NCBI RefSeq assembly: GCF_000143415.4 | Contig: NW_003314267.1 | Span: 1,952,185 to 2,016,184, forward strand | From: Selaginella moellendorffii | Lineage: Eukaryota; Plantae; Lycopodiophyta | Direction of reading: 5' to 3' | DNA: 64,000 nucleotides | Part shown: piece by piece, positions 35,312-49,254 of the stretch | How the letters are laid out: each line of letters opens with the position of its first letter | Numbering within the stretch: the first letter of the stretch is position 1 | Program-made: the position numbers and the translations under genes | Notes under the pieces: generated by a model | The model's database searches: none | What the model saw: the letters and a program-made list of their open reading frames with translations, nothing else | What the model was told of the DNA's origin: nothing

Positions 35312-37002
35312 ATGCTGCGGAGACGCCTCTCTTCGCTCTTTCGACGGGCAAATGTGGCCTTTTTCTCGCAATCTTCGCCGGGCTCGGGTTTGATCGATCT
35401 GTGCCTCGGTTTGTGCAATGGATTTGATTTTCTTTTTCCTCGCAGGCTCGCTCGATGTTGCTGAAAATCTCAATAGCAGGTAAGCCGCGTTGGCATTTCA
35501 TGTCTATCCATCGTGTTATAAGCTTCTTCCTCGTTGTTCTATCTCTTCTTGGCATCGTATGTAGTGTAATTCTAGAGAAGTTCTTGCCATTTTGCGTTAA
35601 CACAAATCTTCGTTTTTCAAGCTTTGATTCTTTCTAGCCGAATGGTAGCATGATCTTTTTCTTTTTCTTTCTCTTTTCTAGGATCGTCATACCAAACAAG
35701 CAACGAAAGAGAGTCAAGCCAGGGGTGATCTCACGAGAGTTGGCTCTACCGAAAAACACAAAGAGGCCTATGTACGCGCGAGAAACTGTGCGAGGAACTC
35801 CAGAGCAGCCACTCGAGCCTCAGGTGCACGATGAGCACGACCGAAAATCCATGAGAACTTCGTGCCGGTTGGCTGCTCAGGTCTTGGAATACGCTGGAAC
35901 TCTTGTCAAGGTAACATTCACCGCTAGATTTCTCTCAGAAAGAAAAAGGAAGTCTGATTGTTTTCCTTCAAAAGCCAGGGGTCACGACCGATTACATTGA
36001 CAGGCAAGCTCACAAGTTGATCATGAACTCCGGAGCGTATCCCTCTCCGCTCAGATATGCGCGATTTCCAAAGAGCATTTGCACTTCAGTAAACGATGTT
36101 ATATGTCATGGAATCCCGGATTCCCGTCCGTTGGAGGCAAGATCTCTTTTTCTCTTTCTGTTTTCTTCTTCGCAGATCAAGCTTCTCTTACTCCAGCTGC
36201 TGCTTTAGGATGGCGATATCATAAACATCGATGTCACGGTGTACAGAAGCGTAAGGTTTCCACTTCTAGTTTTTCCAGGATTGTTAGCTTTGATTGATTT
36301 CCTTGTTGCAGGGATTTCACGGCGACACATCGAAGACGTTTCTTTGTGGCAATGTCGACGACGAGCTCAAACAGCTGGTGGATGTAAGCTCTTTCCATTT
36401 TTACTTTTCCAAATCGATATTATTTGTGTTTCTTCTGATCTTTTCTAGGTAACTCGAGAGTGTTTAACCATGGCGATTTCTATCTGTGGCCCTGGAGTTG
36501 ACTACAGACTCATTGGAGAAACAATCAAGTAAATAAAAGTGTTATCTTTGTTGCCTCACAGGATCTTTTTATTCTTCTTCCTAGTGAAATTGCCGATCGC
36601 TACAACTATGGCATCGTTCGAGACTTTCTCGGTCATGGTATTGGCAGATACTTCCATTCCGCTCCAGCGATCATACCTTACCGTAAGCGTTTTCTTCTTT
36701 CGCAGCTCCAAAGTTTCTTAAGTTTCATCCTTCCAGGCAATAGAATTCCTGGAAAAATGCAAGTGGGAGAAACATTCACTATAGGCAAGACAAGAAAGAA
36801 GGAAAAAAACTCTCTCGTTTAATAGCTCTCACGTCTATGCTCTGATCTCGCAGAACCCATTTTAACGACTGGAGGAACGGAGTATCAGATTTGGAACGAT
36901 GGTTGGACGGCAGTAACTAAGGATGGTAGCTATGCAGCACAGTTTGAGCACACTGTGCTCATCCTAGAAACTGGTGTAGAGATTCTAACACTGCCTCTCT
37001 GA
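35312..37002 (+). CDS. Organellar methionine aminopeptidase type 1 (MAP1B/D-like), multi-exon
   Basis: [47 protein letters not shown]. Start approximate. Confidence 0.9.
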
Positions 37003-39206
37003 GACTTGTTTTCCATAGAATTTGAATTCTTAACATTAGCATTTGGCCAAAACTACAAACTTTTAAACTTCTTTTTTAATATCTATTTTATTACTAAAAG
37101 GGAGTTTTATATAACTTTAGGATACATTTTTTAACTGCTTTTATGACTTAAATTAGGTTACTACTTTAACAATAATCACTAAAACAATGTAGCCTTATAA
37201 GAAAATGCTGAATTTAATTTTAATCTATATCCAAACATGGTTAAATATGTTAAAACTTTAGAGATGATGTTTTTGGTTTGCATAAGCAAACTTGTAAACG
37301 GACTGGGATGGTAGTGAATATACCAAGAATATGTTTGAATATTTTAGGATATTCTACCATCTAATGGTTGTTAATTTTGTATTTATAATTTTAAACATGT
37401 TTATAATGTATAAACTTTCTTAAACCCTATCTAGTATATTCTTTTTTATTACATCATCTATATATTCAATAAGATTAATCTTGTATTTATCAATTACAAA
37501 CATTCTTATAATTGTTAACTTTATTCGATCAATTGGATTAAAAAATAAGAATAACACTACTATTAAACAAACAAAACATTGCTACATGCAATGCATAGCA
37601 AATTTTTATATAAATTTAGTTATTTAATTAATTAATTTTACAAATAATAAAGAGAATAATGCCTTAGAATTATTTTGTTATTATTGAGTATAAAGAAAAA
37701 ATAAGGTAAAACGTTTTTCCTCTTTTATGACTTTTAAAAACAATAAGTGCCAATATTTTTCTACTTCTTTACTAATATTTAAATGATATTAATACATTTA
37801 TATTACAATGTTAAATTTAAATGACTATTAACAAATTCATAAACTATAATTACATTTATAATTAAAGTGCACTCTTCAAAAGTAAATAAAAGTATTGAAA
37901 TTTATAAATAAAATTATACGTTTCATAAATTTAATAAAAAATAGTTTCTAATTTTTAAAATTTAATTTCAGCATCGTCATTACCCTTGTGAAATATTTTT
38001 TGAAATTCTATTTTTTATCTAAAATATATATAATATTAATAATGCTAAAAGTTTTACAAATTGTTTCTTTAAGATGTTTACAGCAAAGTATGTTATTAAT
38101 ATTTTTATTATTATTATTACATTAATTTTTATTAAAGTGTTTATATATATACTATCCAAATTAAAATTATAATATTTTTCTTAAAGAATGTATAACTAAT
38201 TGAAATAACTGTTATAAATTGTATTAATATCAATTAAATGATCTTTCCTTGTAAACCTTTCTTATACAGATGGTGTTTGTTATGAGTTTAGCATTATAGA
38301 GAGAGCCTTTTTAATAAATAATATATAATTGATGACGGATTAGTTTATCACAAAGTATTTTTTCTTGTATTTATATGTAAAATAATTTTTTTTTCTTTTG
38401 TTGTAATAAATGCAAAAGTTTTCTTTTTGGTTTTTTTTACCCATAAATGCAACCTTTCCCCCTTATCTAAAGGGCGTGCGTTTAAAGAATGTGCAACAAA
38501 TATATTAACGAATGAAATTAAATATCTGATTTCTACCAAATAGTGTCAAATCAGAATTCACTAATGCAACCAAAAACATGTTTTGAGTCACTCTTGGACA
38601 GTAAATGTTTTTTTTGTTTTTGTTTTTTAGTTTTAATCTTTTCTTTTTCAAGAATGCTATCTTAAATAACATCCCAACTATAATCAACTGTCATCATCTC
38701 TCTTTTACTGCCTTTCAAATGAGTTCAAATTACATTTAGTTTTCGTTTTCTTAATACTCACCATTATAGTGAATTAATTAAATTTTCTATTCATAACAAA
38801 ATTATTTATCTCAAGAAAGTATTTTTAAAACAATCATGAATAATAAACTTATTTTAGATAATGTTTTAATTTTTTTGTCCCTTATGAGAAAATAAAATCT
38901 TTAATAACCTTTATTGAAAATTAAAACTACACACTTATTAATCTTTGTTTTAAATTGAGGATTTGAAAAAAAACATTGTAATCATGAAAGAAAAATAATA
39001 AAATCACAAAATGTTTAAAATATAAAAATCAGGCTTACCAAATTTTTAAAAAATGTTTAATAAAAATTTGAAATATTTTAAAATTATATATACATTTACA
39101 TATCTTTTTAATACTTTACAACCGCGCAGAGGAGGGATCCAGCCGTGCGATTGGATCGTATCGGACGGTTCCGCGACTAGAAAACGCCATTATCGCCAAT
39201 CTCGCC

Positions 39207-39639
39207 ATGGGAGTGACCAAGGAGGGCGTGGAGGAAACGCTCAAGGCCAAGCTCACCCCGACCCATCTGGTAAGCCCAAGTTCTTACTAGTTCTCGCCTC
39301 CTGATCCTCGCGGCTGGTTCTCACTTTTCAATTTCTCGCGATTTTCCTTCCAGGTCGTCATCGATACATCCGGAGGGTAAGCGCGCGGCGATGATCTGTG
39401 AGAGAATTCTCTGGCCTTCCCTAATGTTTCTCTTGGATTGTAGATGTGGGGCTAGCTTCGACATCGAGATCGCGTCTTCGAATTTCGAGGGCAAGAGGCT
39501 GCTGGAGCGCCATCGCCTAGTGAACGCGGCGCTGGCTGAGGAGCTCAAAGACATCCACGCCCTCTCCATCCGCAAGGCCTTGACGCCCAAGCAATGGGAA
39601 GAACAGCACCCAGCGCCTGAGAATCTGGCCACGGCGTGA
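39207..39639 (+). CDS. BOLA2: BolA2-type protein (3 exons)
   Basis: MGVTKEGVEETLKAKLTPTHL|VVIDTSGG|CGASF...FEGKRLLERHRLVN...IHALSIRKALTP. Confidence 0.9.
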
Positions 39640-39754
39640 GCGCTCTTCTATGAATTACTTTCTTTCTTTTCAGCACAAAAAACCCCCGCGAAGAATTCGC
39701 TCGCTTTAAAGAATCTCATCTACCATATATTTTAGGGTTTTCTGTGCGAGAGCG

Positions 39755-42700
39755 ATGGCGGCCTCGCGGCGTGGCCAGAAGAGGAAGCGATCGGGCAATT
39801 CGCGAGGTATAGCTTCCTCCCAGTTCTCCTCTCGCGATGAAGGCGCCGATTACAAGCACTGCGGGTTCCTCCTCACCGCCGTGGAATCCGATCCTCTCCT
39901 CCATGATCAGAGCAGCATTCCCCCGGATTGCTGCTCCAACAGCGGTGAAGATTTCGGCGAGCTAGTCCAGTGCCGCGATGGCGTCCAGGAGGCGCCAGAC
40001 GAATGTAGGTTTTCCAGCCTCGTGGGAGCCGAGTGTGAATTAACTGGCCAGGGCGCCAACGCTACCATTGCGATTGACGCCTTTCACGCGATTCCAGCCG
40101 CAATCGCGGAAGAATCCGTGCTGATCGATCCCGCCACTCCGGATTCCACGTCGCGGAGCTCGGAAAAGTGTCGCAGCAGCTCAGGGAAGCGGCGGGGCAG
40201 CTCTAGCGTCACGATTCCAAGCATTGTCTCGCAGCTCCAGAGAGTGGCTTCCATGAACGGCTTGAAATTCCGGGGCCGCGTTGTCAAGGTTGTCCAGAAA
40301 GGGGCCGTGGTTCGTGCGGTGGTACTCATCGATGTGTTCTTTCCTTTGCGGCATTTTATCACGCTTAGCAGCTGGAAGGGTGGCAGTGCCAGTGCTTTCG
40401 CCATGGGCCACTTGAGGTAAGCATAGGTCTTGGTGTTTCTTAGCATCGTTCTTAGCTCTAAGAAGTTTTATAGTTTTGGCGATCCATTCTAAAAGAAAAA
40501 ACTTTACGTTTTTCTTGCAGCTGCGATTGGAGCCGGAGGAAAGAGCTTGAAGCTTCAAGTTCTTCGATCGATGACCGAGACGTGTGGAACCTTTCGGAAT
40601 GCCATGTTGTTGGCTGCTCTCTACACTCCAGTGTGTCCACTTCCGTCAAGAACACGAGGTTTAGTCTTCACGAGATTTTTAACTCGCTCTCGGCCGGCGA
40701 TGCAGGCAGGAGATTCGTAGGCACCAGCTTAGTCTGTGCTGGTGATGAAGATCGTCGGTGCAGTGGCTTGTGGGATCTCCCCGACGAGATCCTCACGTCC
40801 GTCTTTAGCAGGCTCCTTCCCAGGGATTTACTGAGCATTGCAGCGGTTTGCCGGCACACCCGCGAACTGACGAGGTTTATCGTCCCTTGTATGAACCTTC
40901 GACTGTTTCCACACCAGAATGCGGCGGTCCAGTGGATGCTCCACCGCGAGACGAATCCACAACGTTTCAGGAACCCGATACATAAGGATTTACAGACGGA
41001 AGATGGATTCCACCTCTTTTTGAACAGCGTTACCGGGGAGATTTCTATCGAGATGCCGGAGCTCAGCGACTTCCGTGGGGGCCTGTTTTGCGACGAGCCG
41101 GGACTGGGAAAAACCATCACAGCTTTGTCACTTGTACTGAAGAGCCAGGGGATCTTTCCATCTCCTCCACCGGGTGCTGAAGTTTGCTGGTCTTCTAGTC
41201 TGTCGGGCGAGAAGATCGGATACTACGAAGCAACCTCAGGGACGCAGAGAATGTCGTTACTGAAGCGATGCATGGCTATGAAGGGACGTAGATATCAGCT
41301 CGGAGCGGAAACTCCAAGCGAGTTTGGCAAGCGGAAGGCAGCGGCTGACGACTCTATACTAGAGCCTTTGCGCATCAGGAGGAAGCTTTTGGACAGCTAT
41401 GGTGACGGTAGCGAAGAAGCTGGTGTTGCGGATATCGGGGCAGCAGCAGCAGCATCACAGCAGCCAGAAGTAGCTGATGATGTGTGGGTGCAATGCGACG
41501 GCTGTAAGAAATGGCGTAAACTGGCACACGGTTGTGGCTCTCCTCAGGATGGTTCGGCCTGGTTTTGTAAGATGAACAGGAACCCTCAGTATCAGAGCTG
41601 CTCAGCGCCGGAAGAATCATGGGACGGGAAAGACAGTATTTCTCACTTGGAAGGCTTTCACAGGAAAGGCAGCGAGGCTGGCCTGGAGCGGAACGTGTCG
41701 TTTTTCTTTTCGATCCTGAAGGACCGTGCGGCGTTACTGAACTCCGAGGCCAAGAAGGCATTGAACTGGCTAGCAGATTTGCGTTCTTTGGAGCTTACAA
41801 AGATGGCAAGCTCGGGTATCCCAGTTCCGCAGCACTTGAGAATGGTCTCGGTCACAGGACGGACGGAGCACGAGTACGAAGAGTTCTTCCTGGCCTTCGG
41901 CCTCGTCCCAAAGCAGGACAAGAAGAAGGTGCCGAAATGGCAGTATCCGGAGGGACTCACGGGCTTTCACCTCGACACGTTAGCTCTCAAGTGTGCTCTA
42001 TCAAAGCCCGTGGAAGAAGTCACTCGGGTATACCTCTCAAAGGCAACCTTGATCGTGGTTCCGTCAAACTTGGTGGAGCACTGGAAGACTCAGATACAGA
42101 GGCACACGAGTGACAAGCAGCTGCGAGTTTATGCCTGCCTCGACTCGAAAAACGCTCCTACGTCGCACAGCCTTGCGTGGGATTACGACATTGTCATCAC
42201 GACGTTCAACCGGCTCAGCATTGAATGGAACAGCAGGGAGAGCAGCCTGCTGATGCAAATACACTGGTTTCGGATTATTCTGGACGAGGGGCATACGCTC
42301 GGAGCTAGTTTCTCACTCACCAACAAGCTTCAGATGGCCGTCAATATGCGGGCTTCATGTCGGTGGGTTCTCACAGGAACTCCTACACCGGATACTCCAT
42401 ACAGTCAGCTCGTCAACCTTCATCCTATGCTGAGGTTCCTCCATGACGAGCTCTATGGTAGCCAGATCAAGCTTTGGGATGCTGCAGTTTTGCGTCCCTT
42501 TGAAGCACACTTGGAGGAAGGCAGGCTCCGTCTGGTGGACTTCCTCCGGAGGTGTATGATCAGTGCAAGGAAGGCCGACTTAAGCTCCATTCCTCCGTGC
42601 GTCCGGAAGGTCAAGCTGGTGGAATTTACAGACAACCATGCTGCCAGCTACAACGAGCTCGTGGAGACGGTCCGGAGAAATCTTCTCATGGCAGACTGGA

Positions 42701-44039
42701 ATGATCCCGACCACGTCGAGTCTCTCTTGAATCCGAAGCAGTGGAAGCTCAAGAATACTACGTTGAGAAACGTCCGGCTGTCTTGCTGCGTTGCGGGCCA
42801 CATCAAAGTCCGGAATGCTAATCAAGATATCCAAGAAACGATGGAGATGCTTGTTCAGGACGGCATGGATCCAACCTCGGACCAGTATGGATTCATAAAG
42901 GGCTCTCTTCTGCTTGGAGGAAACTGCTTCAGGTACTAAAGTTTTATCTTTTTCCTTTTAACTGATTCCATTACTTCGTTTGCAGGTGTGGAGAATGGTG
43001 TAGACTTCCGATCTTAACACCTTGTCTTCACTTCTTGTGCTTGTCGTGCGTATCGTTGGATTGTGAACGGTGCATTTTACCGGAATGTGGAAAACCGTAC
43101 CAAATGCAGACACCGAAAGCTCGTCCAGAGAATCCAAATCCGAAATGGCCAGTTCCACAAGATCTTATCGAGCTACAACCATCCTATATCCAAGTAAGCG
43201 AATGGTCACTCAAAGGTAGCTGGCTCACGGTTTTTGGTTGTGCAGGAAGACTGGCATTCTGAATGGCAAGCAACGTCAAGCAGTAAAGTCTCTTATCTTG
43301 TTGAAAGGCTGAGAGGCCTGCAACAGGAAAACGGGAAACTGCCTGAAAAGGCCATCGTGTTTTCCCAGTTTTTGGAGCATATAAGTGCAATTGAAATGCA
43401 GGTAAAGAGCTGTCGCGAGTTTGGCTTACGATCTTACTTTCGTGTTCTTCGCAGCTCACCAAAGGAGGGATAGAGCATGCAGGAATGTACAGTCCCATGC
43501 CTGCTGCAAGCAAGGTAGAAAGCCTTTCTTTTTCTCACGTTTGCTTATTGTGAAGCTGGATGCTATCAGATGAAATCCTTGAGAACGTTCCAAGAGAACC
43601 CCAAATGCGTCGTCCTTTTGATGGATAGCAGCTCTGCTCTTGGACTGGACTTAAGTTTCGTCACCCATGTTTTTCTCATGGAACCCATATGGGATCGCAG
43701 GTTCTTTCAATCAGCCTTTAGTAGGATTCATTCTTTTTGCTTTTATGTTCTAAAGTTTTGAGTGCCTGGCAGTATCGAGGAACAAGTTGTGAGCCGTGCT
43801 CATCGAATGGGAGCCACTCGGCCAGTGCTTGTGGAAACCTTGGCAATGGCTGGGACGATCGAGGAGCAAATGCTGGGCTTCTTACAGGCATGCTACGTGA
43901 AAGCTCTCGAGGATTTGCTTGTGCTAATTGTACTCGTTTGTTTCAGCGCTGCTCGGATCCAAGTCGAGGGCACCATGATCCTGCGGAGCTGCAATATCTC
44001 ACCCGTTTAGCTTTCGTCAGGAAACATGGCAGCCACTAA
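39755..44039 (+). CDS. F-box, CW zinc finger, SNF2 helicase, RING protein (At3g54460-like)
   Basis: F-box LWDLPDEIL, DEPGLGKT, WVQCDGCKKWR, ILDEGH, LTGTP, RING PCLHFLCLSC, helicase-C LGLDLSFVTHVFLMEPIW...RAHRMG. Confidence 0.92.
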
Positions 44040-45888
44040 CGCATAGGAAAATTGATTTTTATTACACCATTTCTTTGTCCACAACTGAGGATAAAAAATA
44101 TAAATAAAATATTTAACGTTTAAATGGCCACAAAAGGGCTCATCATTGGATTTATCGCATCTCCCATTTTTTCAGGGATGTAAATAAAATATTCTTGTAT
44201 TGTCCAACTATTGTATAATCTCCCATTATTAAGAAACAGAAGATGGAATCATCAATAGATAAAATAAGGGAGCATTTCTAAAATACCCTTAAAATGTGTT
44301 TCTTTTCTATAAAGGACAAAGTGAATATTATTTTAAAATATTGGTTTTATTATTTCACAGGTTGGTCTGTTAACCTTAAAAAATAATTTTTACTCTTAAG
44401 AAGGGTCTTATTTTCTTTCAGTTGTACAACATTGTTTTCTTGGGACCACACAATATACATAGAGCATTCTTTATATTCATTTGATACATTAGTTAAGCTG
44501 ACTATGCAAAAACAGTTGCAACCTTTTTTTATATAATTCTAAAAATAATCCATTTTTTAATCTAAATGGCTAATTCACAACAATTTTCTAGCTAATTACT
44601 AATTACATGGCTATAATTGTATTAGCCCCATAATTTTATCAGTCAAAACAGATTATAACATTGAAATTCCATCTTCTCCTAGAGGTTCTTTAAATTCATA
44701 CTAGAAATACCAGCAAATGCTAAGATGCATATCAATATACAAATATGAGTTACAAAGGTCATTAAAAAGACCTCTTTGTATATTATAGAGATCTTGTATA
44801 AGCTGTATACTTTAATGTAAAACTAAAAAGAGTCTGGAAACACGAGATGTCCTTGGGGTATGGTGTTTTGAATTTTATTTTCTATCTTGAATGGGATTTC
44901 TATGTTTAATAGCTTAAGTGTGATGCGTGGGTTGTAAGGTCTTCTCTCCTTTGATTGGCCACAACACAATCTAACAATCTAAAACTATTGATAAAGCATT
45001 TTTTAGAATAACGTGTCATAGTGATATATTCCTTAAGAGAATAAGAATTACAACATTTTTAGGTAAGAGTTTGTATGGTGGAAGACTAGAAGGTGTAATA
45101 GAATTAAAAAATTCAACTAAATTTTTTTCTGGATGTTCAATATCAACATAATCACACCATAAGTGCATATATCACTTTGCAATTAAGAGACTACAATATC
45201 ATTGATTGGGATATATCAATTAAGTGGGGCAAATATTACTTTGTTAACTGCACTATAAGGATTTGAAATATGAAGCAATGATGGGTAAAAAAAATGATAA
45301 TAGAGGCTATATAATAAGACTGTAAAGTTGGTAAATTAAATAGTTATTACCACCAATTTAAAGCACCAAATGATTTATTTTCAGTAAGTCTTATATTTAT
45401 TTTAAAGTTAGTTTTCTTAAATTTTGGTATAATCTAATTAGTTTTACAAAATATAAAATAAATTTATACTTTAACAATTAGTAGTGTTTGTCCAAAGTCT
45501 CCCTCTAAAAGGTAATTTAGAATTTTAAAGATAGTTTAATATTTGATCAATAGCAAAAAAAAATGTATAGATCTTGTAAATATGATAATTTTATTCCTTT
45601 TAATTATACATGATACTATGGTTTTCATTATAAAATGATTATATTTTGTTAATAGTTTAACATTTGTTAAACAAATTTTAATTTAACATGTTGCCATATG
45701 GTAATTTTATAATCCATCTTGGTCATTGGAATTTAAATCAATTTTTACTGACACAAATCTATAGATATTTAACTATTATTTAAAGTAATTTCGTAATTTA
45801 ATTGTATTAACTTTGGCAATATATACCACAGCTTTCGTTTGAAATAAATACATGTAGATACAGAATGATTATTCAGTGAATGAACAGG

Positions 45889-46717
45889 CTATAAATTTTT
45901 ACACCCTCTGTTCTTTTCCCACTCTTTGGTTGGATGATAATTTAACAAGCGGAGTTCTTCTTCGGCCCTTGCAAGCTTCGTTCTATTGCTGTTCTGTACA
46001 GTGAAAAGCTCGAGGAATGTCAAAAGCCAGTCTCTACACATGAAAACTTACAAGATTCCTTTGCAGCCTCTGCATTTGTTCCCTGCAAACTTTAACCTCC
46101 ATTTCGAGATTGTGCCTGTGACTGTCTGGATCCACCAATTGCTGCTGCTGTATCACTTGCTGGTGTCGAGTTCTTACCGCTTGCGGTTGCCAGATTTGAA
46201 GAGCAGTCGAGGCTTGCCTGCACTGACATAAGTGGTCTTTCTTTCTCAATCCAAAGCCATTACCTTGCATTGTCTGCTCTGATTAGTTCTCTACTTGCTA
46301 ATGCCACTCTCCTCTTCTCAAGCACAAAATCTCGTGCCAAAGTCTTGTACTCCCTCTGGAGCAGCAAGATCTGGCTCTGGATCCTCAGCATACGCCGGTT
46401 ATAATCGTTCTGTCTGGAGAGTTTGATCCTTCCATACCTGGAGAAGAAAAAATGAAAATTTTCTCAAGAGCTAGGCTAGGAGAAGCTCACCTTGTTGCAA
46501 ATCGCCTCTTCCACGCCACCGCTGTCTCTCCTTCTGTCATGCTACTGCTGCTGCCCAGCTCCTGGTCCCAAAGCAGCCTCCAAATGCAATCCAATTCACT
46601 CACGCGTCGCAGCGCCCGGCACGCCATCGAGATCAAACACACATCCCTGTAATCCAGCCGCGATCGCTCCACGGCGCCAAGGATCACTCGCTGCCAGAGC
46701 TCGTCTGGAAGATCCAT
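45889..46717 (-). CDS. F-box protein, SKIP24-like
   Basis: MDLPDELWQRVILG...LDYRDVC; coiled coil with ALQIWQPQAVR...LEMEVKVC. Stop approximate. Confidence 0.8.
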
Positions 46718-46722
46718 AATCG

Positions 46723-46788
46723 AAGAGCCCTAACATTTCAAAGGGTTAAAAAAGTGCCAAGGGGAAAAAGATCTTTAGGGTTTAAAGA
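46723..46788 (+). repeat. Promoter-like direct repeat, copy 1 (telo-box-containing)
   Basis: AAGAGCCCTAACATTTCAAAGGGTTAAAAAAGTG...GAAAAAG..TTTAGGGTTTAAAGA matches 51453-51507. Confidence 0.85.
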
Positions 46789-47404
46789 AAATTAACGCGG
46801 AATTTTCTTAGGGTTTTGGGATATTGGAGGGTGGTGGAGCAGCGATTATTTTGTGCGGAATTCAAGGAAGAGTGGCTGACGTCCAATCCACCTACAGGGC
46901 GGGCAAAGAAGGATCTTGAGGAGGAGCTGGAAATTGCTGGCAATCTCAAGGTTGCTGTTCAGACTGGGGAGAGCACTTACCGCTTTCGAACCAACACAGT
47001 CGGGCAGCCTGACCTGTTTGTCAAGGGCGCAATAGATCGGCCTCTCATCGTTGGAATTGTCGACTTCCATCATGCTGTAGAAGAAGCTGTAAGGTCTGGC
47101 TTGGGTTTCCTTGTTCGTGAACTCATCCATGTTACAGGAGGCTTTTTACGTACATGATGATCACCGGTGCTTGTTTTGGTGTGGTCGTGGATGCTGGATC
47201 CATCCAGTATGCCAAGATGAGTCAAAGAGACACGCTCCAACTTTACCTGTTCGCTCCGGTCGGCACTCGGTTTTCTGCTTCAGCTGGCAAGAGACGAACC
47301 TGAACCTCCACAGCAGTCGATTGGTGATTACGCGCTAAGCTTATCCAAGCTCACGCCCAGGGATTCTCGAGTGGTGGAAAGCTTCAAGTCCAGCACAGGT
47401 CATG

Positions 47405-47890
47405 TCATTCAATCGTTCAAGACATGGTGAATCTCAGCTTTGAAGACTTGGAGGATGTCTCTTGCAAGTGGCAGAGAGACGCTAAGTCATCTGTCGTCTC
47501 CGCCAAGTACAAGCAGCAGCCGGTGGTTCTCAAGGTGCGGGACTTGACTACTCCCTGGCTTCTGGGCGTGGAGACGTACCTCCTTAAGAGGTGGACGCGT
47601 ACAAGACGCTCCACACACTGCAGGCACGCTCCACGCCTAGTCTCGTGGGACTTCTTGTGTGGGACAATGTTCGCCTGAGACCCCTGGCGTGAATCCTGGC
47701 AAGAGCCTCATAGGCAGGAGCAAGTGCTGCTTGTATGTCTCGCACGCTAAACATCAAGTAGCTACTCAGAGGCCAACCTTCGTCGCTGGACGGGGACTTG
47801 ACGCCTCTCAAGATCCTCCTCAGAAGAGGAAGCAGCAGCAGCCAGTTTCTTGGGTTAAGATCATTGGCTTCTCCTCTGCTTCCTACGTCC
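47405..47890 (+). pseudogene. Protein-kinase-like remnant with an internal micro-inversion
   Basis: VVLKV (II), APRLV, LDGDLTPLKILL (VIb) and VKIIGF (VII) on plus; AYEALARIHARG (VIa) on minus at about 47680-47765. Confidence 0.55.
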
Positions 47891-48477
47891 ATGTTGCTGA
47901 AGGGGGGAGATGGCTAAGCTTCATCAATGTTTCGAGGAGGTCTTCGAGTTCGTTCAGGCGGGAGGAGGGCATGGCAGTGGATCGCTTCCGCCTTTCTTTG
48001 CAGAAAAGCTCGTCGATTGTCCACAATTTCCCAAGATTCGAGATCTTCTCAACGCGTACGTGAATGTTCCAATCGTAGGTACATGTGTGCTTGGTTTTCA
48101 GGTTGGGTGTCAACCTGCAAGGAGATGACGACGAGTCGTTATCCAAGACGGAGCATCTGAAGCGTCTGATTTGTAAGCTCACGTCTCTCCTGCCGTGTTC
48201 ATGCTTTTTGATCCGTGTTTTCAGGTTGTCTCACGACTTCAAAGAGTACACATGCTGCTCGATGCGTTGACGGCTCTGGTCGACAACCCGAAACTCCTTG
48301 AAGAGGAGCTTCGCTTCGATGGGCTCATGAGGTTCCTCGCAGATGAAGAAAAGAAACATATGAAAGGCGGCAGCGTACTTGCATAATGCATGATCCAGTC
48401 TAGCAAAAGCGCGTATCAATCAAGTTCCTCACTGTTCTAACAGATGTTTTTTTATTCTTCACCTTTTGTTGTTTGCA

Positions 48478-48830
48478 ATGGCCACCGCTGCTGCTGGCGC
48501 TGCTGCTACCACGCCCACCTGCGGCTGCACTGCGGGGTGTGCTTGTGGGAATCCATGCCCATAGATCTTGATTGATCGACAAATCCTTGGATCACGGATG
48601 TGCAGCAATGGGTGCTGCTGGACGAAGGTTGTTTTCCTATCGATTAAATGCTGGTTTGGCAACTCCTTTGATCCTGTGCTAGTGGCCACGACGGAGTTTT
48701 CTGCGAATGCGGTGAGAACTGCAAGTGTGAGACATGCACCTGTGGCCTCAGGCGAGCCCTTCTGCAAGTGCGGCCGGACGTGCAGTTGCGAGACTTTGCT
48801 CTTGCCCCAAGCCAGTGCAAGGTTGATGGA
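48478..48830 (+). pseudogene. Cys-rich metallothionein (type-4/Ec-like) pseudogene
   Basis: CGCTAGCACGNPCP*, then FCECGENCKCETCTCG and FCKCGRTCSCE in shifted frames. Confidence 0.6.
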
Positions 48831-49254
48831 CTCAAGAGAGATTTTTTTGCAATTTTTTGCCGAACAATATTTTGCAAGTTTTGCTTTGAGAAATAAATCC
48901 TTGACCATAGTTTTATAATTTCAATGCTTTAGATCCTCGATCTTTTGATGAAGAACTGGAACAACGCTCGCTTGTTGTCATCCAGCTTTCTATACTTCTA
49001 AAATCTCTTCCAACGAGGAGATCTTCCATTACCATCATCACGTCCGAAAATCAAAACTCTCCAAAACTGAAAAAGAGAGACATTTTCTCTTCTCTATGGC
49101 CTGTGACTATTGGCAAAGAAACGGCAAAGAAGCTGGTCCGGAGTGCTCACCAAGAGGAAGCCATGTTTTCTTGTGAGGCTAAGCGTTTTTTAAAAATCAC
49201 TCCATAGTAACATTGTGTGTCCTTTTATCCTTAACGTTTGGAACCAAGTTTTTT

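Noticed and set aside
37020-39110. Hidden genes or elements in AT-rich spacers (also 4200-5990 and 44050-45850)
   Set aside because: Only short low-complexity ORFs; no TIR/TSD or recognisable motifs found by eye.
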